A DNA stretch of 64,000 bases from a bacterium (GCA_021791545.1 JAJYWL010000016.1:219704-283703); one strand, 5' to 3'. Positions 1-11,194 are shown, numbered from the stretch's first letter. Program-made: numbers and translations. The notes: a model not told the origin generated them from the sequence alone.

Positions 1-85
1 AACAAGAATCTTTGGACCTGTCGCAAGAGAGGTAAGAGACGCGGGATTTACTAAAATCGCCAGCATGGCAGTGGAGGTAGTTTAA
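1..85 (+). CDS. rplN: 50S ribosomal protein L14, C-terminal fragment
   Basis: Manual translation from position 2 gives TRIFGPVAREVRDAGFTKIASMAVEVV*, the L14 C-terminus; directly precedes rplX. Confidence 0.95.
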   Translation, partial: TRIFGPVAREVRDAGFTKIASMAVEVV

Positions 86-86
86 T

Positions 87-392
87 ATGAAATTAATAAA
101 AGGAGATAACGTAAAAGTAGTTAAAGGAAAAGACAAAGGTAAAGACGGAAAAATAGATAAAGTTTTTCCTAAAGAAAATAAAGTATTAATTGAAGGAATA
201 AATACATTCAAAAGACATCTTAAGGCAAGGTCACAGAATGAGCCTTCACAAATTGTTACTTTAACAAAACCTTTGGCAGTAGCAAATGTAGCTTTGGTTT
301 GTCCTAAATGCCACAAGACAACAAGAGTTGCGTACAAAGAAGTAAAAGGTGTAAAATCTAGAATTTGTGCGAAGTGTGAGGAAAAAATATAA
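87..392 (+). CDS. rplX: 50S ribosomal protein L24
   Basis: KGDNVKVVKGKDKGK KOW motif; spc operon order. Confidence 0.97.
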   Translation: MKLIKGDNVKVVKGKDKGKDGKIDKVFPKENKVLIEGINTFKRHLKARSQNEPSQIVTLTKPLAVANVALVCPKCHKTTRVAYKEVKGVKSRICAKCEEKI

Positions 393-931
393 TGAATCAA
401 TTACAGGAAAAATACAATAAAGAGCTAGCAAAAGATTTAAAAGAAAAGCTTGGAATTAAAAATGCAAATGCAGTTCCAAAACTTTCAAAGATAGTCCTTA
501 ATATGGGAGTAAGAGATGTTCTTTCGGACAAGAAAAATCTTGAGAAAGCAAGAGAAATACTTACTCAGATTGCAGGACAAAAGCCAAGAACAGTAAAAGC
601 TAAAAAATCTATTGCTACATTTAAATTAAGAGAGGGAGACGAGATTGCATTAATGGCAACATTAAGAGGAAAAAGAATGTACGATTTCTATCAAAGATTA
701 ACATCCATAGTTTTCCCAAGAATCAGAGATTTCAGGGGAGTAAGTAATAAAAGTTTTGACGGAAAAGGAAACTATACTTTGGGATTTGCAGAAAGCACTG
801 TTTTTCCTGAGATAGATGCAAGTAAAGTCGATAGGGTTCAGGGACTTGAAATAAGCTTTGTAACAACAGCAAAAAATAATGAGGAGGGAATCGCATTGCT
901 CACAGCTTTGGGCATGCCTTTTGTTAAATAA
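392..931 (+). CDS. rplE: 50S ribosomal protein L5
   Basis: [27 protein letters not shown] motifs. Confidence 0.98.
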   Translation: MNQLQEKYNKELAKDLKEKLGIKNANAVPKLSKIVLNMGVRDVLSDKKNLEKAREILTQIAGQKPRTVKAKKSIATFKLREGDEIALMATLRGKRMYDFYQRLTSIVFPRIRDFRGVSNKSFDGKGNYTLGFAESTVFPEIDASKVDRVQGLEISFVTTAKNNEEGIALLTALGMPFVK

Positions 932-932
932 T

Positions 933-1118
933 ATGGCAAAAAAATCTAACGTAGTTAAATTTAATAAGAAACAGAAATTCTCAACAAGAGAAAAGAATAT
1001 CTGCAGAATATGCGGAAGATCAAGTGCATATATGAGAAAATTTGGTATTTGCAGAATTTGCTTTAGGGATCTTGCACAGAAAGGAGAACTTCCAGGGGTA
1101 ATAAAAGCCAGCTGGTAA
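933..1118 (+). CDS. rpsN: 30S ribosomal protein S14, zinc-binding type
   Basis: MAKKS...[22 protein letters not shown]...KASW; start moved to ATG 933. Confidence 0.96.
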   Translation: MAKKSNVVKFNKKQKFSTREKNICRICGRSSAYMRKFGICRICFRDLAQKGELPGVIKASW

Positions 1119-1124
1119 CTTTAT

Positions 1125-1517
1125 ATGAATTATAGAATTGCAGATTTTATAGTAAGAATTAAAAACTCGGCATTGGCCAGAAGAAAAGAAGTTGTTCTTC
1201 CTTTCTCTAACTTAAATAAAGAAGTAGGACAGGTATTGGTAAAACAAGGATTCTTGGAATCCATAAAAGAAGAAAAAGATGGAGCAAACAAAATATTAAA
1301 GGCAGTCATAAAATACGAAAACAGAATTCCTGTTTTGACAGACGTAATGGTAATTTCAAAACCTTCCCTTAGAGTCTATGAAGATGCAAAAGGAATTAGA
1401 GAAATTGAAAAACACGGAAAGAAAACTGTAATTGTTTCGACAAGCCAAGGAGTAATGACAGGAAAACAGGCAATCAAAAAAGGTGTAGGAGGAGAAATAA
1501 TCTTTGCCATTTGGTAA
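1125..1517 (+). CDS. rpsH: 30S ribosomal protein S8
   Basis: IADFIVRIKN, ISKPSLRVY, STSQGVMT, GGEII motifs. Confidence 0.97.
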   Translation: MNYRIADFIVRIKNSALARRKEVVLPFSNLNKEVGQVLVKQGFLESIKEEKDGANKILKAVIKYENRIPVLTDVMVISKPSLRVYEDAKGIREIEKHGKKTVIVSTSQGVMTGKQAIKKGVGGEIIFAIW

Positions 1518-1529
1518 AGAAAAACTAAT

Positions 1530-2078
1530 ATGTCAAAAATTGCAAAAATACCGGTTGTCATACAAGACGGAGTTACAGTAAATCTTAATGGAAACGAAGT
1601 TAATGTAAGTGGAACAAAAGGAAATATGAATTTCAAAATTCCATCAGGAATAGAAGTAAAGATGGAAGAAGGAAAACTTTTGGTAACACAAAAAGCATCT
1701 GGAAAAGAAGCAGACGCTTTGTCAGGTCTTGTAAGAGCAACTTTGGCAAATATGGTAAAGGGAGTTTCCCAAGGATTTGAAAAAAAGCTTGAACTTTCCG
1801 GAGTAGGATATAGAGCACAAGCAGGAGGAAATACATTGACATTAAATCTTGGATTTTCCCATCCGGTAAATATCAAGAATGATCAGGGAGTAACATTTAG
1901 CGTTGCCGAAAACATAATTACAGTCATGGGAATAGATAAAGCATTGGTAGGGGATGTTGCTTCTAAGATAAGAGCAATAAGACCACCTGAGCCATACAAG
2001 GGAAAAGGTATCAAATATGTAGGAGAAAGAATAAGAAGAAAAGCAGGAAAAGCTGCAAAAGCAGTAGGAGCAAAATAA
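1530..2078 (+). CDS. rplF: 50S ribosomal protein L6
   Basis: [25 protein letters not shown]. Confidence 0.98.
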   Translation: MSKIAKIPVVIQDGVTVNLNGNEVNVSGTKGNMNFKIPSGIEVKMEEGKLLVTQKASGKEADALSGLVRATLANMVKGVSQGFEKKLELSGVGYRAQAGGNTLTLNLGFSHPVNIKNDQGVTFSVAENIITVMGIDKALVGDVASKIRAIRPPEPYKGKGIKYVGERIRRKAGKAAKAVGAK

Positions 2079-2416
2079 TGAAAAAGACAAGAGAAGAATC
2101 AAGAAAATCTAGAGTAAGAGCAAAAATATTTGGAACAAAAGACAGACCAAGACTTTCTGTCTATAGATCCAATAAATATATTTATGCTCAGGTCATAAAT
2201 GATGATAAGGGTGAAACATTATCAAGTGTTTATGAAAAAGAAATAACAGCAAAAGGAAACAAAACGGAAAGAGCAAAAGAATTGGGACTTCTTTTGGCAA
2301 AAAAGTCCTTGGAGAAAAAAATAAAATCTGTTATTTTTGATAGAGGCGGATACAAATATCACGGAAGAGTAAAAGCTTTTGCAGAAGGTGCAAGAGAGGG
2401 AGGATTAACTTTCTAA
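2078..2416 (+). CDS. rplR: 50S ribosomal protein L18
   Basis: [30 protein letters not shown]. Confidence 0.98.
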   Translation: MKKTREESRKSRVRAKIFGTKDRPRLSVYRSNKYIYAQVINDDKGETLSSVYEKEITAKGNKTERAKELGLLLAKKSLEKKIKSVIFDRGGYKYHGRVKAFAEGAREGGLTF

Positions 2417-2417
2417 T

Positions 2418-2930
2418 ATGGCATACCAAGATAGAAGATTTGAAGAAAAACCAAGAGACGGATTCGAAGAACAGATTGTTCAGGTAAATAGAGTTTCCAA
2501 AAAGACAAAGGGAGGAAACAAAATCGGATTTTCAGTTCTCGCAGTCGTCGGAAATAAGAGTGGAAAAGTCGGAGTAGGACTCGGAAAAGCTCCTGATGTT
2601 TCTTCTGCAATCAAAAAGGGAGTAACACTTGCAAAGAAACACGCAATTGATGTCCCTATTATCGACGGAACAATTCCTTTTGAATTTAATATCAAATTAG
2701 GAGCTGCAAAAGTACTTCTTAAGCCCGCTCCTACAGGAAGTGGTATTATTGCAGGAGGAGCAGTAAGAAGCGTAGTAGCTTTGGCCGGAATTACAAATAT
2801 TTCTTCAAAGGTACTTGGAACAGATAATAAGGCAAGTAACGTTTACGCGACAATTGAGGCCCTTAGAAGACTATCTGAGAGACACAAGAGAGAAAATTTA
2901 AAGAAGGGAAAAGCAAATGAAACTAAATAA
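2418..2930 (+). CDS. rpsE: 30S ribosomal protein S5
   Basis: VNRVSKKTKGG, LKPAPTGSGIIAGG. Confidence 0.98.
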   Translation: MAYQDRRFEEKPRDGFEEQIVQVNRVSKKTKGGNKIGFSVLAVVGNKSGKVGVGLGKAPDVSSAIKKGVTLAKKHAIDVPIIDGTIPFEFNIKLGAAKVLLKPAPTGSGIIAGGAVRSVVALAGITNISSKVLGTDNKASNVYATIEALRRLSERHKRENLKKGKANETK

Positions 2931-3360
2931 CTTGGCAAAGACAGCAGGAAAAAAGAAAAGAAGACTTGGTGAGGGTCACGGAACCGGAAGAGTTAAGACT
3001 TCGGGAAGAGGAACAAAAGGTCAGAAAGCAAGAGGTAAGATATCATTATCTTTTGAAGGTGGAGCACTTCCTCTTATAAAAAGACTTCCTTTTCAAAGAG
3101 GCAAAGGAAAGAACAAAGCTTTCAAAAATAAACCAATAGTAATCAATGTAAAAGTACTTAATCTTTTGAAAAAGGATTCAACGGTTGATGTTGTAAGCCT
3201 TGTAGAAAGAAAAATAGTTGATGCCAAGCAAGCAAAAGAATATGGTGTTAAAATATTAGGTGACGGTGAAATTAGTATTCCATTAACCGTTAAACTTCCC
3301 GTTTCGAAAGGTGCTGCCAAAAAGATAGAAAAAGCAGGCGGGAAGATTGAGAATGGATAG
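2917..3360 (+). CDS. rplO: 50S ribosomal protein L15
   Basis: [27 protein letters not shown]. Confidence 0.97.
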   Translation: MKLNNLAKTAGKKKRRLGEGHGTGRVKTSGRGTKGQKARGKISLSFEGGALPLIKRLPFQRGKGKNKAFKNKPIVINVKVLNLLKKDSTVDVVSLVERKIVDAKQAKEYGVKILGDGEISIPLTVKLPVSKGAAKKIEKAGGKIENG

Positions 3361-4639
3361 AGTATTAGCGATTTTTAAAAACAGTTACAGGTCGCCAGAA
3401 GTAAGAAAAAAGATTTTATTTACCCTAGCTATCTTCGTTGTCGCAAGAATCTTCGCCCACATACCCGTTGCAGGAGTTAACGTTTCCGAACTAAAAGCAT
3501 TATTTTCCCAGAATCAATTCTTAGGTCTTTTAGATATATTTTCAGGAGGAACTCTTGCTAACTTCTCTGTTATGGGATTGGGTTTAAACCCTTACATCAA
3601 CGCTTCCATTATTTTCCAGCTTTTGGGAATGGTATTTCCAAAGATTGAAGAACTTCAAAAAGAGGGAGAAGCGGGAAGACAAAAGATCAATCAATATACA
3701 AGAATGCTTACTGTTCCGCTTGCTGCTTTACAGGCAGTCGGAATGTATGCACTTTTGAGAAACCAGAATTTAATCGGTACTCTTAATCCTTTGGGACTTT
3801 TATCTTTCCTTTTGACAATGACGGCAGGAACAATGTTTCTTGTCTGGCTCGGAGAGCTTATTACGGAAAGAGGAATCGGAAACGGAATCTCTCTTTTAAT
3901 ATTTGCAGGAATAGTTTCAAGACTTCCCGTCACTTTCGGACAGACGGCTTCTACTGTTAATGCACAGAACTTCTTCAATTTGGGGATATTTGCTGCAATG
4001 GGAATTGCTGTAATAGGGTCAATAGTCATCATTAACGAAGCAACAAGACAGATAACCGTTTATTATGCAAAAAGAGTAAGGGGAAATAAAATGTACGGAG
4101 GAGAATCTACTCATCTTCCTTTAAGACTTAACCAGGCGGGAGTCATTCCAATCATCTTTGCGGTTTCATTAGTACTTCTTCCATCACTTATCGCAAATTA
4201 TCTTTCTGTTTCAAAGATTCCTGTTCTACATAATATTGCAAGCTTTATAACTGTATGGCTTAATCCTTCCGGATTTGTTTATAACGCATTATATTTTCTT
4301 CTCGTAGTAGCATTTACATATTTCTATACTGCTGTAGTCTTCAATCCGAAAAAGATCGCAGAGGAGATACAAAAATACGGTGGTTTTATTCCCGGAATTA
4401 GACCCGGCACTCCAACAGCACATTATCTTAATTACATTCTTACAAGAATAACTTTGGCCGGTGCTATATTCTTAGGTATCATTGCCATATTTCCTACAAT
4501 CGCAAAAGAGATTACAGGAATACAGACTCTTATTATCGGAGGAACAGGAATATTAATCGTTGTTTCCGTAGTTTTGGAAACAATAAAAGCAATTGAAGCT
4601 CAACTTGTAATGAGAAATTACGAAGGATTTGCAAAATAA
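3353..4639 (+). CDS. secY: Preprotein translocase subunit SecY
   Basis: Multi-TM protein with [30 protein letters not shown]. Confidence 0.98.
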   Translation: MDRVLAIFKNSYRSPEVRKKILFTLAIFVVARIFAHIPVAGVNVSELKALFSQNQFLGLLDIFSGGTLANFSVMGLGLNPYINASIIFQLLGMVFPKIEELQKEGEAGRQKINQYTRMLTVPLAALQAVGMYALLRNQNLIGTLNPLGLLSFLLTMTAGTMFLVWLGELITERGIGNGISLLIFAGIVSRLPVTFGQTASTVNAQNFFNLGIFAAMGIAVIGSIVIINEATRQITVYYAKRVRGNKMYGGESTHLPLRLNQAGVIPIIFAVSLVLLPSLIANYLSVSKIPVLHNIASFITVWLNPSGFVYNALYFLLVVAFTYFYTAVVFNPKKIAEEIQKYGGFIPGIRPGTPTAHYLNYILTRITLAGAIFLGIIAIFPTIAKEITGIQTLIIGGTGILIVVSVVLETIKAIEAQLVMRNYEGFAK

Positions 4640-5172
4640 TGAAATTTATTTTAATAGGCATTCAAGGAGCGGGAAAATCAACTCAGGGAAATCTTCTAAG
4701 AGATAAACTTCAAATACCATATCTTTCCACGGGACACATATTCAGGGAAATGTCTAAAGAAAAAACTCCCGAAGGAAGATACATAAAAGAAACAATCAAT
4801 GCGGGATATCTTATCCCGGACGGAAAAACTTTAGAGATAGTAACCAATTACCTTCATAAACCTTATTACAAAAACGGATATATACTCGACGGTTTTCCAA
4901 GGACAAGCAAACAAGCAGAAGAGTTTGAAAATGGAGTAGACAAAGTTATATATCTTAGGGTATCCGATAAGGAAGCTTTGTGGAGACTTTCGGGAAGAGA
5001 CGATAATAGAGACGACGATACCTTAAAAGCGATAAGAAGAAGAATTGAAATATTCCATGAGATTACGGAACCGGTTTTAGATTTTTACAGAAAGAAAGGC
5101 CTCCTTTTGGAAATAGACGGTGAACAATCCATCGAAGATATACATAAAGAAATCCTGTCCAAAATCAAATAA
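4639..5172 (+). CDS. adk: Adenylate kinase, short form without a long LID domain
   Basis: GIQGAGKSTQ P-loop, STGHIFR, LDGFPRT; follows secY. Confidence 0.93.
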   Translation: MKFILIGIQGAGKSTQGNLLRDKLQIPYLSTGHIFREMSKEKTPEGRYIKETINAGYLIPDGKTLEIVTNYLHKPYYKNGYILDGFPRTSKQAEEFENGVDKVIYLRVSDKEALWRLSGRDDNRDDDTLKAIRRRIEIFHEITEPVLDFYRKKGLLLEIDGEQSIEDIHKEILSKIK

Positions 5173-5194
5173 TTATGGTGGAGTTAGTCCTCAA

Positions 5195-5893
5195 ATGAAA
5201 GGTTTTTCAATAGCAATAGATGGACCCGTTGCATCGGGTAAGGGAACACTAGCTCTTGCCTTGGCAAAAAGATTAGACGGTTTCTTTTTGAATACGGGGG
5301 CAATGTATAGATCTTTGGCTCTACTTGCTTTTGAAAAGGGAGTAGATTTCAATGATGAAGAAGAAGTTCTGAAACTATTACCTTTAGTAAATGTTGATCT
5401 TAGAGACGGAAAAGTATTTTTAAATGGAAAAGATGTCACAGATGAAATAAAAAAACCTGATCCAGATAAGGGAAGTTCAATAGTGGCGGTATATAAAAAA
5501 GTAAGGGAAGTTATGGTTTCAAAGCAACAAGAACTGGCTAGTAAATACATTGAGATGGGAAAAGTAGTAATAGGTGAAGGAAGAGATGCGGGAACAAGAG
5601 TTCTTCCCGATGCTTCTTTAAAAATATTTTTGACAGCAGATGTTCAAATAAGGGCAAAAAGAAGACAGCAGCTTTATAAATCAAAGGGAGTGGAAAAAAG
5701 CTTTGAGGAAGTATTGGAAGAAGCAAAAATTAGAGATGAGAGAGATAGCTCAAGAGAAATAGATCCGTTACCAACCGATCCCGAAAAATTAGGATACTGG
5801 ATATTAGATAATTCAATGCAGACTGAAGAAGAATCCATAAATGTTATAATGGATGAGTTAAAGAGGAGAGGTTTATTAAATGATAAAAATTAA
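5195..5893 (+). CDS. cmk: Cytidylate kinase
   Basis: IAIDGPVASGKGT, TGAMYR, EGRDAGT, RDERDSSR; start moved to ATG 5195. Confidence 0.93.
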   Translation: MKGFSIAIDGPVASGKGTLALALAKRLDGFFLNTGAMYRSLALLAFEKGVDFNDEEEVLKLLPLVNVDLRDGKVFLNGKDVTDEIKKPDPDKGSSIVAVYKKVREVMVSKQQELASKYIEMGKVVIGEGRDAGTRVLPDASLKIFLTADVQIRAKRRQQLYKSKGVEKSFEEVLEEAKIRDERDSSREIDPLPTDPEKLGYWILDNSMQTEEESINVIMDELKRRGLLNDKN

Positions 5894-6635
5894 AACACCA
5901 GAAGAAATAAAAATAATGGAAGAGGGAGGAAAAATCCTTGCAGACACTCTTTTTGCCGTGATGGATGCAGTAAAAGTGGGAGTATCCGAACTTGAGATAG
6001 ACGCATTGGCAGAAAAAATGATAAGAGAAAGAGGCGGAGAACCCGGATTCAAGTTAGTTGAGGGATATCATCATACGATTTGTATTTCAACTAATGACGT
6101 AGTTGTCCACGGAATTCCTACAAATTACAGATTTAAAGAAGGGGACGTCGTCGGAGTAGACTGCGGAGTATTCTATAAAGGGTTCCATACAGATATGTCC
6201 GAGACAAAAATTGTGGGAAAAGCTTCAGAGGAAGTTAAAAGATTCGTTTCCGTAGGAAAGAAAGCTTTGGAAGCAGGTATGGAGAAAGCAATTGAGGGAA
6301 ATAGAGTCGGAGATATCTCAAAGGCAATTCAGGATATAGTTGAGGGTAAAAACGGATATTCGATAGTATTAAGCCTTGTAGGACACGGAGTAGGAAGAGA
6401 ACTCCATGAAGAACCAGAGATTCCAGGCTATTTAACTAAATCCATTGCTAAAACCCCACTTCTTAAAAAGGGAATGGTTATTGCTGTAGAAGTTATATAT
6501 AACATGGGTGGAGCCGATGTCGTATATACGGAAGATGACGATTGGACTATAAAAACAGCAGATGGTAGCCTTGCTGGTCTTTTTGAGAGGACCGTTGCCA
6601 TCACCGGAAATAAACTTCATATTATTACAAAATAA
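5880..6635 (+). CDS. map: Methionine aminopeptidase type I
   Basis: VVHGIP, GHGVGRELHEEP motifs. Confidence 0.96.
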   Translation: MIKIKTPEEIKIMEEGGKILADTLFAVMDAVKVGVSELEIDALAEKMIRERGGEPGFKLVEGYHHTICISTNDVVVHGIPTNYRFKEGDVVGVDCGVFYKGFHTDMSETKIVGKASEEVKRFVSVGKKALEAGMEKAIEGNRVGDISKAIQDIVEGKNGYSIVLSLVGHGVGRELHEEPEIPGYLTKSIAKTPLLKKGMVIAVEVIYNMGGADVVYTEDDDWTIKTADGSLAGLFERTVAITGNKLHIITK

Positions 6636-6647
6636 GCTGAGGCTATA

Positions 6648-6712
6648 TTGCTCTTTTTGAGATTGTTTGGTATAATTATTGAAATTCTAAATTCGTTAAG
6701 AGTTTAGGATTT
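6648..6712 (+). promoter_or_regulatory. Sigma70 promoter of the infA-alpha operon plus a 5' UTR hairpin
   Basis: TTGCTC(6648)-17 nt-TATAAT(6671) with TGG extension; 13-bp hairpin 6682-6712. Confidence 0.6.
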
Positions 6713-6720
6713 GTATTTTT

Positions 6721-6936
6721 ATGGCTCATCAGGGCTCATTTGAGGAAGAGGGAAAAGTTCTGGAAGCATTACCTAATACCCTTTTTCGAGTAGAACTGGG
6801 AAACGGTGATGTAATTTTATGCCATCTCTCAGGTAAGATGCGAATGCATTTCATAAAGATACTACCGGGCGATAGGGTAAGGGTTGAAATGACTCCTTAC
6901 GACAAGACAAAAGGAAGGATTACATACAGGAAATAA
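6721..6936 (+). CDS. infA: Translation initiation factor IF-1
   Basis: [29 protein letters not shown]. Confidence 0.98.
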   Translation: MAHQGSFEEEGKVLEALPNTLFRVELGNGDVILCHLSGKMRMHFIKILPGDRVRVEMTPYDKTKGRITYRK

Positions 6937-6937
6937 T

Positions 6938-7051
6938 ATGAAAGTACAAGCAAGCGTAAAACCAAGATGCATGAAGTGCAGAATAATTAGAAGAAAGGGA
7001 GTTGTCAGGATTGTCTGCGATAATCCAAGACACAACCAGAGACAAGGTTAA
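6938..7051 (+). CDS. rpmJ: 50S ribosomal protein L36 (absent from ORF track)
   Basis: Manual translation [37 protein letters not shown]. Confidence 0.97.
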   Translation: MKVQASVKPRCMKCRIIRRKGVVRIVCDNPRHNQRQG

Positions 7052-7053
7052 TT

Positions 7054-7446
7054 ATGAGAATTTCAGGAGTAAATGTACCAGACGAAAAAAGAGTTGATAT
7101 AGGTTTAACCTATCTTTACGGTATTGGAAGAGGAAATGTAGATAAGGTATTGGCTGCAGCAAAGGTAGAAGCATCAAAAAGAATAAAGGATTTGACCGAA
7201 GACGAACAGAAAAGACTTCAGAGAGCTTTGGAAACATACAAACTCGAGGGAGATCTAAGAGTAGAAATCCAAAACAACATAAAAAGACTTAAGGAAATCA
7301 GTGCATATAGAGGAGTAAGGCATAGCAGAAATCTTCCAGTAAGAGGACAGAGAACAAAATCAAATGCAAGAACAAAGAGAGGAAAGAGAGTTACCATCGG
7401 TGCTATCAAGAAAGAAGTAGCAGCAAAGATGGGAATAACAGCATAA
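7054..7446 (+). CDS. rpsM: 30S ribosomal protein S13
   Basis: [31 protein letters not shown]. Confidence 0.98.
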   Translation: MRISGVNVPDEKRVDIGLTYLYGIGRGNVDKVLAAAKVEASKRIKDLTEDEQKRLQRALETYKLEGDLRVEIQNNIKRLKEISAYRGVRHSRNLPVRGQRTKSNARTKRGKRVTIGAIKKEVAAKMGITA

Positions 7447-7447
7447 T

Positions 7448-7849
7448 ATGGCAAAAGATACTAAACAAGTAAAGACAAAAGCAAAAAAGAAAACACTTTC
7501 GGTTTCCGAAAGAGGTAAAGTGTTTGTATCCGCAACTTTCAACAACACTCTGGTAACAATAACAAACGAAAAGGGTGACACCGTCGCCTGGAGCTCTGCC
7601 GGAGCAGCAGGATTCAAGGGAACAAGAAAGTCTACTCCTTTTGCCGCAACAACAGCAGTAGAAAACGTAGCAAAAAAAGCAGTAGAAAGAGGAATAAAAA
7701 CAGTAGAAGTTTATGTTAAGGGACCCGGATCCGGAAGAGACGCAGCGTTAAGAGCTGTAAAATCCGCAGGACTTTCTATCTCATTGATTGCAGATCTAAC
7801 ACCTATCCCACACAACGGACCTAGAGCAGAGAAAAGGAGAAGAATTTAA
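7448..7849 (+). CDS. rpsK: 30S ribosomal protein S11
   Basis: [26 protein letters not shown]. Confidence 0.98.
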   Translation: MAKDTKQVKTKAKKKTLSVSERGKVFVSATFNNTLVTITNEKGDTVAWSSAGAAGFKGTRKSTPFAATTAVENVAKKAVERGIKTVEVYVKGPGSGRDAALRAVKSAGLSISLIADLTPIPHNGPRAEKRRRI

Positions 7850-8457
7850 TGGCAAGATATACAGGACCAAAACATAGAACAGTAAGAAAAGAAGGAGTAA
7901 ACCTTTTAGATAAAGCATCAAACAGCCTTCAGAGAAGATTAAACGTTCCTCCAGGAATGCATGGGAAGAAAAGAAAAAGAAGACTTTCAGAATATGGACT
8001 TCAGTTGAGAGAAAAACAGAAAGCAAAGACAACATACGGTCTTTTGGAAAAACAATTCAAAAACTTGGTACAGACAGTACAGAAGAAAAAAGGACAAACA
8101 GACGAATTAATATTATCCATGCTTGAAACAAGACTTGATAACCTTGTATATAGATTGGGTTTTGCAAAGACAAGATTTATGTCAAGACAAATGGTTTCCC
8201 ATGGACATGTTTTGGTAAACGGAAAGAAAGTAACAATCCCATCCTATCAGGTAAAAGTAGAGGATGTTATCTCTCTTTCTCCTAAAATGCAGACAAATTC
8301 AAAAGTTTTGGAATTGGTAAATGAAGAAACGGAAGCAGAGATACTTCCTTTCCTTCAGAAAAAAGCATTTACAGGAAAGCTCGTAAGAGCACCAAAAAAG
8401 GATGATGTTCAGGTTCCATTCGACATGCAGTTGATTATTGAATATTATTCCAGATAG
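7849..8457 (+). CDS. rpsD: 30S ribosomal protein S4
   Basis: MARYTGP, QLREKQK, LETRLDN, IIEYYSR. Confidence 0.98.
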   Translation: MARYTGPKHRTVRKEGVNLLDKASNSLQRRLNVPPGMHGKKRKRRLSEYGLQLREKQKAKTTYGLLEKQFKNLVQTVQKKKGQTDELILSMLETRLDNLVYRLGFAKTRFMSRQMVSHGHVLVNGKKVTIPSYQVKVEDVISLSPKMQTNSKVLELVNEETEAEILPFLQKKAFTGKLVRAPKKDDVQVPFDMQLIIEYYSR

Positions 8458-8474
8458 TGATAAAATATTAAACT

Positions 8475-9395
8475 ATGGTTGAGCCGACATTTAAAGTTAA
8501 AGAAGAAAATTTAAGAGACGACTACGGTGAGTTCGTATTCGAACCACTAGAGCCGGGATACGGTCATACAATGGGAGAAGCTTTAAGAAGAGTTCTTTTG
8601 GTTTCTATCCCAGGTGTTGCAGTAACCTCTGTAAAGATCTCTGGAGTAAAGCACAAATTTACAACAGTTCCTGGACTTAAGGAAAACGTTGTAGATCTTC
8701 TTTTGAATATCAAGGGATTAAACATGAGACTCTTAGATTCAAAGAATTCCTCAACAGTAAGACTTTCAGTTAAAGGTCCTAAAGAAATAACAGCAAAAGA
8801 TTTGGAACTTCCAGAAGACGTAGAAATCGTAAACAAAGACCACTACATTGGATATCTCTCAGAAAAAGGTAAATTGGAAATGGAACTCACAGTCGAAAAA
8901 GGATTGGGATATTCATTGGCAGAAGAGAGAAAAGTTTCAACACTCGGAGTATTAACAACAGACGCAGTATTTACCCCAGTAAGAAGAGTTTTAGTAGAAG
9001 TTAGTGCAACCAGGGTTGGAAGACAAACAAACCTTGACAGATTGGTATTGAAAGTTTGGACCAACGGAGTTGTAAAACCAAAAGATGCTTTGGATGAAGC
9101 AGCAAAGATTCTTGCAAGTTATTTCTTCCAGGTATACGAACCAAAAGCAAATCTTCCTGAAGCATCAGTTTCTGCACACCCTGCAGTTTCTGAGAACTTG
9201 ATGAAGATGACAATCGATGAATTGGATCTTCCTACAAGAATCTATAACAGCCTCAGAAACGGTGGAATTGAGACATTGGGACAGCTTCTTGAAACACCAA
9301 GGAAAGAGTTGATTTCCATGAGAAACATGGGCGGGAAATCAATTGTAGTAATTGAAGAGAAGCTTAGAGAAAAAGGTATAAGCTTGTCTGTCTAA
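8475..9395 (+). CDS. rpoA: RNA polymerase alpha subunit
   Basis: EPLEPGYGHTMGEALRRVLL, DAVFTPV, alpha-CTD IDELDLPTRIYNSL. Confidence 0.98.
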   Translation: MVEPTFKVKEENLRDDYGEFVFEPLEPGYGHTMGEALRRVLLVSIPGVAVTSVKISGVKHKFTTVPGLKENVVDLLLNIKGLNMRLLDSKNSSTVRLSVKGPKEITAKDLELPEDVEIVNKDHYIGYLSEKGKLEMELTVEKGLGYSLAEERKVSTLGVLTTDAVFTPVRRVLVEVSATRVGRQTNLDRLVLKVWTNGVVKPKDALDEAAKILASYFFQVYEPKANLPEASVSAHPAVSENLMKMTIDELDLPTRIYNSLRNGGIETLGQLLETPRKELISMRNMGGKSIVVIEEKLREKGISLSV

Positions 9396-9443
9396 CCCTA
9401 ACCTTGTATTGTACCTCGTGAAGACCTGTTCCAATTTTTTAAT

Positions 9444-9923
9444 ATGAAAAAAAGCGTATTCGGCAGAAAATTTAAAAGGGATGTAGACGAGAGGAAAGCT
9501 CTTTTTAAGAACTTGGTTTCGTCTCTTATTTTAGAGGAAAGAATTGAAACTACAGAACAAAAAGCAAAAGCTATAAAAGCTGATGTTGAAAAGTTAGTAA
9601 CAAAAGCAAAGAAAAACACACTTAAAGAAGGAGAGAATATAACTCCCAAAGCCCTTAAGAAAATGATTGAAAGTGTAGCTCCAAGATTTAAAGACAGAAA
9701 CGGCGGATACACAAGAATAACAAGAGTAGGAAAAAGATTCGGCGACGATGCATTCATGGTAGTTTTGGAATGGGTTGAAAAAGCACCGGTAGTTTTGGTA
9801 AATACAGAAAAAGGAACAGCTAAAAAAGCTGCACCGGAAAAGAAAGAAATAAAAAAAGAAACCCCTAAAAAGACAGCAAAACCAGCGCCAAAGAAAAAAG
9901 AAGTGAAGGAGAAAAAGAAATAA
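9444..9923 (+). CDS. rplQ: 50S ribosomal protein L17 with a K/A/P/E-rich C-terminal tail
   Basis: IETTEQKAK, RNGGYTRI. Confidence 0.96.
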   Translation: MKKSVFGRKFKRDVDERKALFKNLVSSLILEERIETTEQKAKAIKADVEKLVTKAKKNTLKEGENITPKALKKMIESVAPRFKDRNGGYTRITRVGKRFGDDAFMVVLEWVEKAPVVLVNTEKGTAKKAAPEKKEIKKETPKKTAKPAPKKKEVKEKKK

Positions 9924-9924
9924 T

Positions 9925-10353
9925 ATGAAATCGTCTTCTGCAACAAAGTTAAGTGAAATTAAAAGAGAGTGGCATTTAGTAGATGTTAATGAAAAGATAT
10001 TGGGAAGAGTTGCAACAGAAATTGCACTTCTTTTAATGGGAAAATCAAAAGCTAATTTTGTTAAAAACCTTGATTGCGGAGATTATGTTGTAGTTGTAAA
10101 TGCAAAAAAGATTAAAGTAACAGGAAACAAAGAAACACAGAAAAAATATTTCAGACATTCAGGATATCCCGGAGGATTTAAGGCAGAAGCATTTGATAAA
10201 CTATTAGAGAGGAAACCTGAAGAAATAATAATACATGCAGTTTCAGGTATGCTTCCTCAGACAAGATTAAAAGCACAGATGCTTAAAAGATTACATGTAT
10301 TTGCAGGAGAAGAACATAAATTTGCAGACAAATTTAAAGTAGAGGCTAAATAA
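9925..10353 (+). CDS. rplM: 50S ribosomal protein L13
   Basis: LGRVAT, DCGDYVVVVNA, HSGYPGG. Confidence 0.98.
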   Translation: MKSSSATKLSEIKREWHLVDVNEKILGRVATEIALLLMGKSKANFVKNLDCGDYVVVVNAKKIKVTGNKETQKKYFRHSGYPGGFKAEAFDKLLERKPEEIIIHAVSGMLPQTRLKAQMLKRLHVFAGEEHKFADKFKVEAK

Positions 10354-10354
10354 A

Positions 10355-10798
10355 ATGGCAGAAAAGAAAAAAGGAGATTACATTTTTGCATCGGGAAAAA
10401 GAAAAGCGGCAGTCGCAAGATTGAGGCTTTATAGTGCTCTTTCTGGAGTAGTTATCGGAACAAACATAGTTAAAAAAGGTGATATTTTTGTAAACGGTAA
10501 GAAAGCGGAAGAATACTTCTCAGACAAAGTTTCTCAAATGAAAATCAACGAACCTTTAAAGATCACAAATACTACTGATAAATATGCTATATCTGTAAAA
10601 CTCGAAGGTGGAGGAGTTCAAAGCCAACTCGATGCATTTGTTCATGCTATATCAAGAGCATTATCTAGTATAGACGATAAAAATAAAGCAATCCTCAGGA
10701 AAAAAGGTTTCCTTACAAGAGATGCAAGAGTAAGGGAAAGAAGAAAAGTAGGAATGGGTGGAAAAGCCAGAAGACAGAAACAATCTCCAAAGAGGTAA
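10355..10798 (+). CDS. rpsI: 30S ribosomal protein S9
   Basis: GKRKAAVAR, GGG, LTRDARVRERRK, QSPKR. Confidence 0.97.
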   Translation: MAEKKKGDYIFASGKRKAAVARLRLYSALSGVVIGTNIVKKGDIFVNGKKAEEYFSDKVSQMKINEPLKITNTTDKYAISVKLEGGGVQSQLDAFVHAISRALSSIDDKNKAILRKKGFLTRDARVRERRKVGMGGKARRQKQSPKR

Positions 10799-10801
10799 TA
10801 C

Positions 10802-11149
10802 TTAGCCTACTTCCTCAAGATATTCTTTTAAAGCAACAGCATTATTATGTTCTTCATTTTTTGCTGAAAAAAGGAGTGTTATATCCTCCTCACCTTTAAG
10901 TTCTATTAATTGTTTTATCTCTTCCTTCCTTTCTTTTAATTCCAAGAAATATTTTTTCCTGAATTCTTGCCATTTAGGATCTTCATGATTAAACCATTTT
11001 CTTAAATCTGTGCTAGGAGCCACCTCATTGATCCATAAATCTACTTTTGCGTCTTTTTTAGATATCCCTCTTGGCCACAGTCTATCTACAAGTATTCTTA
11101 GTCCATCTTCTTCTAAAGGTTCGTCATACACTCTTTTTACTTTTATCAT
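10802..11149 (-). CDS. DUF488/YeaO family protein
   Basis: [40 protein letters not shown]. Confidence 0.92.
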   Translation of the reverse strand: MIKVKRVYDEPLEEDGLRILVDRLWPRGISKKDAKVDLWINEVAPSTDLRKWFNHEDPKWQEFRKKYFLELKERKEEIKQLIELKGEEDITLLFSAKNEEHNNAVALKEYLEEVG

Positions 11150-11194
11150 GGATAAATTTTACTAAGGGTTTGTAAGTAGAGTGTTAGAGGATGT

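Noticed and set aside
1376-9946. Many antisense ORFs over ribosomal protein genes (e.g. 9398-9946)
   Set aside because: They are shadows of A-rich sense codons giving F/L/S-rich translations, and they overlap confident genes.
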